This document shows positions 1-12,000 of a stretch of DNA of 64,000 nt, piece after piece (within the stretch, counting starts at the first letter, position 1; each line of letters begins with the position of its first letter). A model generated the notes under the pieces. The model was not told where the DNA came from, ran no database searches, and was given only the letters and a program-made list of their open reading frames with translations. The position numbers and the translations under genes were made by a program. Source of the stretch: the human T2T-CHM13v2.0 reference genome, Homo sapiens; assembly GCF_009914755.1 (NCBI RefSeq), contig NC_060929.1; one strand, 5' to 3'.

Positions 1-3000
1 ACTTTCAGATTCTACAGAGTGTTTCAAAACTGCTCTATCAAAAAAAAGTTTCAACTCGGTGAGTCGAATGCACATATCACAAAGCAGTTTCTGAGAATGC
101 TTTCGTCTATTTTTCCCAGGAAGATATTTCCTTTTGGACCTTAGGCCTTAAATCGCTCCAGATATCCACATGCAGATTCTACAAAAAGAGTGTTTCCAAA
201 CTGCCCTATCAAAAGGAAGGTTCAACCCTGGTAGTTGAATGCAAACATCACAAAGAACTTTCTCAGAATGCTTCTGTCTAGTTGTCATAGGCAGATATTT
301 CTTTTTCTACCATAGGCCTCTAAGCGCTCCAAATATCCACTTGCGGATTCTCCAAAAACAGTGTTTCAAAACTGCTCCATAAAAAGGAAGGTTCAACTCT
401 GTGAATTGAATGGACAGACCACAAAGAAGTTTCTGAGAATGCTTCTGTCTAGTGTTTATGTGAAGATATTCCCGTTTCCGATGAAGGCCTCAAAGCAGTC
501 CAAATATCCACTTGCAGATTCTACAAAAATAGTGCTTCAAAACTACTCTATGGAAAGGTATGTTCAACACTGTGAGATGAATGCAAACGTCACAAAGAAG
601 TTGCTGAGAATGCTTCAGTCTAGTTTCTATGGGAAGACATTTCCTTTTGCACCACAGCCCTCAAAGCACTCCAAATGTCTACCTGCAGATTCGATAAAAG
701 AGTTTTACGAAACTGCTCTATCAAAAGAAAGGCTCAACGCTGTGAGTTGAATCTACATATCACGAAAAAGTTTCTGAGAATGCATCTATCTACTTTTTAT
801 GTGAAGATATTCTGGTTTCCAACGAAGGCCTCAAAGCGCTCCAAATATCTACTGGCAGATTCTAGAAAAAGAGTGTTTCAAAACTGCTCTATTAAAGGAA
901 GGTTCAACTCTGTGAGTTGAATTCACACATCACAAAGAACTTTCTGACAATGCTTCTATCTAGTTTTTATGTGAAGATATTACTGTTTCCTATGAAGGCC
1001 TCAAAGTGGTCCGAATATCCACTTGCAGATTCTACAAAGAGAGGTTTTCAAAACTGCTATATGCAGTGGTATGTTCAACTCTGTGAGTTGAATGCAAACA
1101 TCCCTAAGCAGTTTCTGAGAATGCTTCTGTCTAGTTTTTAGGGGCAGATATTTCCATTGGCACAATAGCCCTTAAAGCGCTCCAAATATCCACTGGCAGA
1201 TTCTACCAAAAGAGTGTTTCAAAACTGCTCTGTGAAAAGAAACGTTCAACTGTGTTAGGTGAATGCCCGCATCACAAAGAAGATTCTGAGAATATTTCTG
1301 TCTATTTTTTATTAGAAGATATTCCCGTTTCCACCAAAGGACACAAAGCGAAGCCAACTATCCGCTTGCTGATCTTACAAAAACACGTTTCAAAACTGCT
1401 CTATCAAAGGAAAGGTTCATCTCTCTGGGTTCAACGCACACATCACAAAGAAGTTTCTGAGAATGCTTCTGGCTAGTTTGTGTGTGAAGATATTCCCATT
1501 TCCAACAAAGGCTTCAAAGCCCTCCAAATATTCACCTGCAATTGTTCAAAAGAGTGTTTCAAAACTGTTCTATCAAAAGGAAGGTTCAACTCTGTGAGTT
1601 GAATGCACGCTTCACATAAATGGTTCTGAGAATGCTTCTTTCTAGTTTTTATGTGAAGATATTTCCTTCTCCACCATAGCCCTCAAAGCGCTCCAAGTGT
1701 CCGCTGGCAGATTCCACAGAAACAGTGTTTCAAAACTGCTCTAACAAAAGAAAGATTCAACTCCGTGATTTGAATGCACACATCACAAAGCATTTTCTGT
1801 GAATCCTTCTGTCTAGTTTTTATATGACGATATTTCCTTTTCTACCATGGGCATCCAAGCGTTCCAATTATCCAAGTGTAGATTGCACAAACAGAGTGTT
1901 TCAAAACTGCTCCATGAGAAGGAAGATTCAAATTTGGGAGTACAATGCACACATCACGAAGAAGTTTCTGAGAATGCTTCTGTCCAGTTTATATGTGAAG
2001 ATATTCCCATTTCCAGCAAAGGTCTCAAAGCGGTCCAAATGTCCACTTGCGGATCCCACAAACAGAGTGTTTCAAAACTGCTCTACGGAAAGGAATGCTC
2101 AACTCTGTGAGTTTACTGCAAACATCCTAAGGAAGTTTCTTGGAATGCTGCTGTCTAGTTTAATGTGAATATATTTTCTTTTCCGCCATAGCCCTCAAAG
2201 AGCTCCAAACATCCACTTTCAGATTCTACAGAGTGTTTCAAAACTGCTCTATCCAAAAAAAGTTTCAACTCGGTGAGTCGAATGCACATATCACAAAGCA
2301 GTTTCTGAGAATGCTTTCGTCTATTTTTCCCAGGAAGATATTTCCTTTTGGACCGTAGGCCTCAAATCGCTCCAGATATCCACATGCAGATTCTACAAAA
2401 AGAGTGTTTCCAAACTGCCCTATCAAAAGGAAGGTTCAACCCTGGTAGTTGAATGCAAACATCACAAAGAAGTTTCTCAGAATGCTTCTGTCTAGTTTTT
2501 AGAGGCAGATATTTCTTTTTCTACCATAGGCCTCAAAGCGCTCCAAATATCCACTTGCAGATTCTCCAAAAACAGTGTTTCAAAACTGCTCCATAAAAAG
2601 GAAGGTTCAACTCTGTGAGTTGAATGGACAGATCACAAAGAAGTTTCTGAGAATGCTTCTGTCTAGTGTTTATGTGAAGATATTCCCGTTTCCGATGAAG
2701 GCCTCAAAGCAGTCCAAATATCCACTTGCAGATTCTACAAAAATAGTGCTTCAAAACTACTCTATGGAAAGGTATGTTCAACACTGTGAGATGAATGCAA
2801 ACGTCACAAAGTAGTTTCTGAGAATGCTTCAGTCCAGTTTCTATGGGAAGACATTTCCTTTTGCACAACAGCCCTCAAAGCACTCAAATGTCTACTTGCA
2901 GATTCGATAAAAGAGTTTTACAAAACTGCTCTATCAAAAGAAAGGTTCAACGCTGTGAGTTGAATCTACATATCACGAAAAAGTTTCTGAGAATGCCTCT

Positions 3001-6000
3001 ATCTACTTTTTATGTGAAGATATTCCGGTTTCCAACGAAGGCCTCAAAGCGCTCCAAATATCTACTGGCAGATTCTAGAAAAAGAGTGTTTCAAAACTGC
3101 TCTATTAAAGGAAGGTTCAACTCTGTGAGTTGAATTCACACATCACAAAGAACTTTCTGACAATGCTTCTATCTAGTTTTTATGTGAAGATATTACTGTT
3201 TCCTATGAAGGCCTCAAAGTGGTCCGAATATCCACTTGCAGATTCTTCAAAAAGAGGTTTTCAAAACTGCTCTATGAAGAGGTATGTTCAACTCTGTGAG
3301 TTGAATGCAAACATCACAAAGTAGTTTCAGAGAATGCTTCTGTCTAGTTTTTAGGGGAAGATATCTCCATTGGCACAATAGCCCTCAAAGCGCTCCAAGT
3401 ATCCACTGGCAGATTCTAGCAAAAGAGTGTTTCAAAACTGCTCTGTGAAAAGAAATGTTCAACTGTGTTAGTTGAATGCCCACATTACAAAGATGATTGT
3501 GAGAATATTTCTGTCTAGTTTTTATTAGAAGATATTCCCGTTTCCACCAAAGGACACAAAGCGAAGCCAATTATCCGCTTGCAGATCTTACAAAAACACG
3601 TTTCAAAACTGCTCTATCAAAGGAAAGGTTCATCTCTCTGGGTTCAACGCACACATCACAAAGAAGTTTCTGAGAATGCTTCTGGCTAGTTTGTGTGTGA
3701 AGATATTCCCATTTCCAACAAAGGCTTCAAAGCGCTCCAAAGATTCACCTGCAATTGTTCAAAAGAGTGTTTCAAAACTGTTCTATCAAAAGGAAGGTTC
3801 AACTCTGTGAGTTGAAGGCACGCTTCACATAAATGTTTCCGAGAATGCTTCTTTCTAGTTTTTATGGGAAGATGTTTCCTTCTCCACCATAGCCCTCAAA
3901 GCGCTCCAAGTGTCCGCTGGCAGATTCCACAGAAACAGTGTTTCAAAACTGCTCTAACAAAAGAAAGATTCAACTCCGTGATTTGAATGCACACATCACA
4001 AAGCATTTTCTGTGAATCCTTCTGTCTACTTTTCATATGAGGATATTTCCTTTTCTACCATGGGCATCAAAGGGTTCCAATTATCCAATTGTAGATTGCA
4101 CAAATAGAGTGTTTCAAAACTGCTTCATGAGAAGGAAGATTCAAATTTGGGAGTAGAATGCACACATCACGAAGAAGTTTCTGAGAATGCTTCTGTCTAG
4201 TTTATATGTGAAGATATTCCCATTTCCAGCAAAGATCTCAAAGCTGTCCAAATATCCACTTGCGGATCCCACAAACAGAGTGTTTCAAAACTGCTCTACG
4301 GAAAGGTATGTTCAACTCTGTGAGTTTACTGCAGACATCCTAAAGAAGTTTCTGAGAATGCTGCTGTCTAGTTTAATGTGAATATCTTTTCTTTTCCGCC
4401 ATAGCCCTCAACGAGCTCCAAATATCCACTTTCAGATTCTACAGAGTGTTTCAAAACTGCTCTATCAAAAAAAAGTTTCAACTCGGTGAGTCGAATGCAC
4501 ATATCACAAAGCAGTTTCTGAGAATGCTTTCCTCTATTTTTCCCAGGAAGATATTTCCTTTTGGACCGTAGGCCTCAAATCGCTCCAGATATCCACATGC
4601 AGATTCTACAAAAAGAGTGTTTCCAAACTGCCCTATCAAAAGGAAGATTCAACTCTGGTAGTTGAATGCAAACATCACAAAGAAGTTTCTCAGAATGCTT
4701 CTGTCTAGTTTTTAGAGGCAGATATTTCTTTTTCTACCATAGGCCTCAAAGCGCTCCAAATATCCACTTGCAGATTCTCCAAAAACAGTGTTTCAAAACT
4801 GCTCCATAAAAAGGAAGGTTCAACTCTGTGAGTTGAATGGACAGATCACAAAGAAGTTTCTGAGAATGCTTCTGTCTAGTGTTTATGTGAAGATATTCCC
4901 GTCTCCGATGAAGGCCTCAAAGCAGTCCAAATATCCACTTGCAGATTCTACAAAAATAGTGTCTCAAAACTACTCTATGGAAAGGTATGTTCAACACTGT
5001 GAGATGAATGCAAACGTCACAAAGAAGTTGCTGAGAATGCTTCAGTCTAGTTTCCATGGGAAGACATTTCCTTTGGCACCACAGCCCTCAAAGCACTCCA
5101 AATGTCTACTTGCAGATTCGACAAAAGAGTTTTTCAAAACTGCTCTATCAAAAGAAAGGTTCAACGCTGTCAGATGAATCAACATATCACAAAAAAGTTT
5201 CTGAGAATGCCTCTATCTACTTTTTCTGTGAAGATATTCCGGTTTCCAACAAAGGCCTCAAAGCGCTCCAAATATCTACTTGCAGATTCTAGAAGAAGAG
5301 TGTTTCAAAACTGCTCTATTAAAGGAAGGTTCAACTCTGTGAGTTGAATTCACACATCACAAAGAACTTTCTGACAATGCTTCTATCTAGTTTTTATGTG
5401 AAGGTATTACTGTTTCCTATGAAGGCCTCAAAGTGGTCCGAATATCCACTTGCAGATTCTACAAAAAGAGGTTTTCAAAACTGCTCTATGAAGAGGTATG
5501 TTCAACTCTGTGAGTTGAATGCAAACATCACAAAGTAGTTTCAGAGAATGCTTCTGTCTAGTTTTTAGGGGAAGATATCTCCATTGGCACAATAGCCCTC
5601 AAAGCGCTCCAAGTATCCACTGGCAGATTCTAGGAAAAGAGTGTTTCAAAACTGCTCTGTGAAAAGAAATGTTCAACTGTGTTAGTTGAATGCCCACATT
5701 ACAAAGATGATTGTGAGAATATTTCTGTCTAGTTTTTATTAGAAGATATTCCCGTTTCCACCAAAGGACACAAAGCGAAGCCCATTATCCGCTTGCAGAC
5801 CTTACAAAAACACGTTTCAAAACTGCTCTATCAAAGGAAAGGTTCATCTCTCTGGGTTCAACGCACACATCACAAAGAAGTTTCTGAGAATGCTTCTGGC
5901 TAGTTTGTGTGTGAAGATATTCCCATTTCCAACAAAGGCTTCAAAGCGCTCCAAAGATTCACCTGCAATTGTTCAAAAGAGTGTTTCAAAACTGTTCTAT

Positions 6001-9000
6001 CAAAAGGAAGGTTCAACTCTGTGAGTTGAAGGCACGCTTCACATAAATGATTCCGAGAATGCTTCTTTCTAGTTTTTATGGGAAGATGTTTCCTTCTCCA
6101 CCATAGCCCTCAAAGCGCTCCAAGTGTCCGCTGGCAGATTCCACAGAAACAGTGTTTCAAAACTGCTCTAACAAAAGAAAGATTCAACTCCGTGGTTTGA
6201 ATGCACACATCACAAAGCATTTTCTGTGAATCCTTCTGTCTAGTTTTTATATGAGGATATTTCCTTTTCAACCACGGGCATCCAAGTGTTCCAATTCTCC
6301 AATTGTAGATTGCACAAATAGAGTGTTTCAAAACTGCTTAATGAGAAGGAAGATTCAAATTTGGGAGTAGAATGCACACATCACGAAGAAGTTTCTGAGA
6401 ATGCTTCTGTCTAGTTTATATGTGAAGATATTCCCATTTCCAGCAAAGATCTCAAAGCTGTCCAAATATCCACTTGTGGATCCCACAAACAGAGTGTTTC
6501 AAAACTGCTCTACGGAAAGGTATGTTCAACTCTGTGAGTTTACTGCAGACATCCTAAAGAAGTTTCTGAGAATGCTGCTGTCTAGTTTAATGTGAATATA
6601 TTTTCTTTTCCGCCATAGCCCTCAAAGAGCTCCAAATATCCACTTTCAGATTCTACAGAGTGTTTCAAAACTGCTCTATCAAAAAAAAGTTTCAACTCGG
6701 TGAGTCGAATGCACATATCACAAAGCAGTTTCTGAGAATGCTTTCGTCTATTTTTCCCAGGAAGATATTTCCTTTTTGACCATAGGCCTCAAATCGCTCC
6801 AGATATCCACATGCAGATTCTACAAAAAGAGTGTTTCCAAACTGCCCTATCAAAAGGAAGATTCAACTCTGGTAGTTGAATGCAAACATCACAAAGAAGT
6901 TTCTCAGAATGCTTCTGTCTAGTTTTTAGAGGCAGATATTTCTTTTTCTACCATAGGCCTCAAAGCGCTCCAAATATCCACTTGCAGATTCTCCAAAAAC
7001 AGTGTTTCAAAACTGCTCCATAAAAAGGAAGGTTCAACTCTGTGAGTTGAATGGACAGATCACAAAGTAGTTTCTGAGAATGCTTCTGTCTAGTGTTTAT
7101 GTGAAGATATTCCCGTCTCCGATGAAGGCCTCAAAGCAGTCCAAATATCCGCTTGCAGATTCTACAAAAATAGTGTCTCAAAACTACTCTATGGAAAGGT
7201 ATGTTCAACACTGTGAGATGAATGCAAACGTCACAAAGAAGTTGCTGAGAATGCTTCAGTCTAGTTTCCATGGGAAGACATTTCCTTTGGCACCACAGCC
7301 CTCAAAGCACTCCAAATGTCTACTTGCAGATTCGACAAAAGAGTTTTTCAAAACTGCTCTATCAAAAGAAAGGTTCAACGCTGTCAGATGAATCAACATA
7401 TCACAAAAGAGTTTCTGAGAATGCCTCTATCTACTTTTTCTGTGAAGATATTCCGGTTTCCAACGAAGGCCTCAAAGCGCTCCAAATATCTACTTGCAGA
7501 TTCTAGAAGAAGAGTGTTTCAAAACTGCTCTATTAAAGGAAGGTTCAACTCTGTGAGTTGAATTCACACATCACAAAGAACTTTCTGACAATGCTTCTAT
7601 CTAATTTTTATGTGAAGGTATTTCTGTTTCCTATGAAGGCCTCAAAGTGGTCCGAATATCCACTTGCAGATTCTACAAAAAGAGGTTTTCAAAACTGCTC
7701 TATGAAGAGGTATGTTCAACTCTGTGAGTTGAATGCAAACATCACAAAGTAGTTTCTGAGAATGCTTCTGTCTAGTTTTTAGGGGAAGATATCTCCATTG
7801 GCACAATAGCCCTCAAAGCGCTCCAAGTATCCACTGGCAGATTCTAGCAAAAGAGTGTTTCAAAACTGCTCTGTGAGAAGAAATGTTCAACTGTGTTAGT
7901 TGAATTCCCACATCACAAAGACGATTGTGAGAATATTTCTGTCTAGTTTTTATTAGAAGATATTCCCGTTTCCACCAAAGGACACAAAGCGAAGCCCATT
8001 ATCCGCTTGCAGACCTTACAAAAACACGTTTCAAAACTGCTCTATCAAAGGAAAGGTTCATCTCTCTGGGTTCAACGCACACATCACAAAGAAGTTTCTG
8101 AGAATGCTTCTGGCTAGTTTGTGTGTGAAGATATTCCCATTTCCAACAAAGGCTTCAAAGCGCTCCAAAGATTCACCTGCAATTGTTCAAAAGAGTGTTT
8201 CAAAACTGTTCTATCAAAAGGAAGGTTCAACTCTGTGAGTTGAAGGCACGCTTCACATAAATGTTTCCGAGAATGCTTCTTTCTAGTTTTTATGGTAAGA
8301 TGTTTCCTTCTCCACCATAGCCCTCAAAGCGCTCCAAGTGTCCGCTGGCAGATTCCACAGAAACAGTGTTTCAAAACTGCTCTAACAAAAGAAAGATTCA
8401 ACTCCGTGATTTGAATGCACACATCACAAAGCATTTTCTGTGAATCCTTCTGTCTAGTTTTCATATGAGGATATTTCCTTTTCTACCATGGGCATCAAAG
8501 GGTTCCAATTATCCAATTGTAGATTGCACAAATAGAGTGTTTCAAAACTGCTTCATGAGAAGGAAGATTCAAATTTGGGAGTAGAATGCACACATCACGA
8601 AGAAGTTTCTGAGAATGCTTCTGTCTAGTTTATATGTGAAGATATTCCCATTTCCAGCAAAGATCTCAAAGCTGTCCAAATATCCACTTGCGGATCCCAC
8701 AAACAGAGTGTTTCAAAACTGCTCTACGGAAAGGTATGTTCAACTCTGTGAGTTTACTGCAGACATCCTAAAGAAGTTTCTGAGAATGCTGCTGTCTAGT
8801 TTAATGTGAATATCTTTTCTTTTCCGCCATAGCCCTCAACGAGCTCCAAATATCCACTTTCAGATTCTACAGAGTGTTTCAAAACTGCTCTATCAAAAAA
8901 AAGTTTCAACTCGGTGAGTCGAATGCACATATCACAAAGCAGTTTCTGAGAATGCTTTCCTCTATTTTTCCCAGGAAGATATTTCCTTTTGGACCGTAGG

Positions 9001-12000
9001 CCTCAAATCGCTCCAGATATCCACATGCAGATTCTACAAAAAGAGTGTTTCCAAACTGCCCTATCAAAAGGAAGATTCAACTCTGGTAGTTGAATGCAAA
9101 CATCACAAAGAAGTTTCTCAGAATGCTTCTGTCTAGTTTTTAGAGGCAGATATTTCTTTTTCTACCATAGGCCTCAAAGCGCTCCAAATATCCACTTGCA
9201 GATTCTCCAAAAACAGTGTTTCAAAACTGCTCCATAAAAAGGAAGGTTCAACTCTGTGAGTTGAATGGACAGATCACAAAGAAGTTTCTGAGAATGCTTC
9301 TGTCTAGTGTTTATGTGAAGATATTCCCGTCTCCGATGAAGGCCTCAAAGCAGTCCAAATATCCACTTGCAGATTCTACAAAAATAGTGTCTCAAAACTA
9401 CTCTATGGAAAGGTATGTTCAACACTGTGAGATGAATGCAAACGTCACAAAGAAGTTGCTGAGAATGCTTCAGTCTAGTTTCCATGGGAAGACATTTCCT
9501 TTGGCACCACAGCCCTCAAAGCACTCCAAATGTCTACTTGCAGATTCGACAAAAGAGTTTTTCAAAACTGCTCTATCAAAAGAAAGGTTCAACGCTGTCA
9601 GATGAATCAACATATCACAAAAAAGTTTCTGAGAATGCCTCTATCTACTTTTTCTGTGAAGATATTCCGGTTTCCAACGAAGGCCTCAAAGCGCTCCAAA
9701 TATCTACTTGCAGATTCTAGAAGAAGAGTGTTTCAAAACTGCTCTATTAAAGGAAGGTTCAACTCTGTGAGTTGAATTCACACATCACAAAGAACTTTCT
9801 GACAATGCTTCTATCTAGTTTTTATGTGAAGGTATTACTGTTTCCTATGAAGGCCTCAAAGTGGTCCGAATATCCACTTGCAGATTCTACAAAAAGAGGT
9901 TTTCAAAACTGCTCTATGAAGAGGTATGTTCAACTCTGTGAGTTGAATGCAAACATCACAAAGTAGTTTCAGAGAATGCTTCTGTCTAGTTTTTAGGGGA
10001 AGATATCTCCATTGGCACAATAGCCCTCAAAGCGCTCCAAGTATCCACTGGCAGATTCTAGGAAAAGAGTGTTTCAAAACTGCTCTGTGAAAAGAAATGT
10101 TCAACTGTGTTAGTTGAATGCCCACATTACAAAGATGATTGTGAGAATATTTCTGTCTAGTTTTTATTAGAAGATATTCCCGTTTCCACCAAAGGACACA
10201 AAGCGAAGCCCATTATCCGCTTGCAGACCTTACAAAAACACGTTTCAAAACTGCTCTATCAAAGGAAAGGTTCATCTCTCTGGGTTCAACGCACACATCA
10301 CAAAGAAGTTTCTGAGAATGCTTCTGGCTAGTTTGTGTGTGAAGATATTCCCATTTCCAACAAAGGCTTCAAAGCGCTCCAAAGATTCACCTGCAATTGT
10401 TCAAAAGAGTGTTTCAAAACTGTTCTATCAAAAGGAAGGTTCAACTCTGTGAGTTGAAGGCACGCTTCACATAAATGATTCCGAGAATGCTTCTTTCTAG
10501 TTTTTATGGGAAGATGTTTCCTTCTCCACCATAGCCCTCAAAGCGCTCCAAGTGTCCGCTGGCAGATTCCACAGAAACAGTGTTTCAAAACTGCTCTAAC
10601 AAAAGAAAGATTCAACTCCGTGGTTTGAATGCACACATCACAAAGCATTTTCTGTGAATCCTTCTGTCTAGTTTTTATATGAGGATATTTCCTTTTCAAC
10701 CACGGGCATCCAAGTGTTCCAATTCTCCAATTGTAGATTGCACAAATAGAGTGTTTCAAAACTGCTTAATGAGAAGGAAGATTCAAATTTGGGAGTAGAA
10801 TGCACACATCACGAAGAAGTTTCTGAGAATGCTTCTGTCTAGTTTATATGTGAAGATATTCCCATTTCCAGCAAAGATCTCAAAGCTGTCCAAATATCCA
10901 CTTGTGGATCCCACAAACAGAGTGTTTCAAAACTGCTCTACGGAAAGGTATGTTCAACTCTGTGAGTTTACTGCAGACATCCTAAAGAAGTTTCTGAGAA
11001 TGCTGCTGTCTAGTTTAATGTGAATATATTTTCTTTTCCGCCATAGCCCTCAAAGAGCTCCAAATATCCACTTTCAGATTCTACAGAGTGTTTCAAAACT
11101 GCTCTATCAAAAAAAAGTTTCAACTCGGTGAGTCGAATGCACATATCACAAAGCAGTTTCTGAGAATGCTTTCGTCTATTTTTCCCAGGAAGATATTTCC
11201 TTTTTGACCATAGGCCTCAAATCGCTCCAGATATCCACATGCAGATTCTACAAAAAGAGTGTTTCCAAACTGCCCTATCAAAAGGAAGATTCAACTCTGG
11301 TAGTTGAATGCAAACATCACAAAGAAGTTTCTCAGAATGCTTCTGTCTAGTTTTTAGAGGCAGATATTTCTTTTTCTACCATAGGCCTCAAAGCGCTCCA
11401 AATATCCACTTGCAGATTCTCCAAAAACAGTGTTTCAAAACTGCTCCATAAAAAGGAAGGTTCAACTCTGTGAGTTGAATGGACAGATCACAAAGTAGTT
11501 TCTGAGAATGCTTCTGTATAGTGTTTATGTGAAGATATTCCCGTCTCCGATGAAGGCCTCAAAGCAGTCCAAATATCCGCTTGCAGATTCTACAAAAATA
11601 GTGTCTCAAAACTACTCTATGGAAAGGTATGTTCAACACTGTGAGATGAATGCAAACGTCACAAAGAAGTTGCTGAGAATGCTTCAGTCTAGTTTCCATG
11701 GGAAGACATTTCCTTTGGCACCACAGCCCTCAAAGCACTCCAAATGTCTACTTGCAGATTCGACAAAAGAGTTTTTCAAAACTGCTCTATCAAAAGAAAG
11801 GTTCAACGCTGTCAGATGAATCAACATATCACAAAAGAGTTTCTGAGAATGCCTCTATCTACTTTTTCTGTGAAGATATTCCGGTTTCCAACGAAGGCCT
11901 CAAAGCGCTCCAAATATCTACTTGCAGATTCTAGAAGAAGAGTGTTTCAAAACTGCTCTATTAAAGGAAGGTTCAACTCTGTGAGTTGAATTCACACATC

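Noticed and set aside
903-921. Hairpin ttcaactc-tgt-gagttgaa in many monomers
   Set aside because: This is a generic dyad of the alphoid consensus. It is neither a terminator nor specific to this array.
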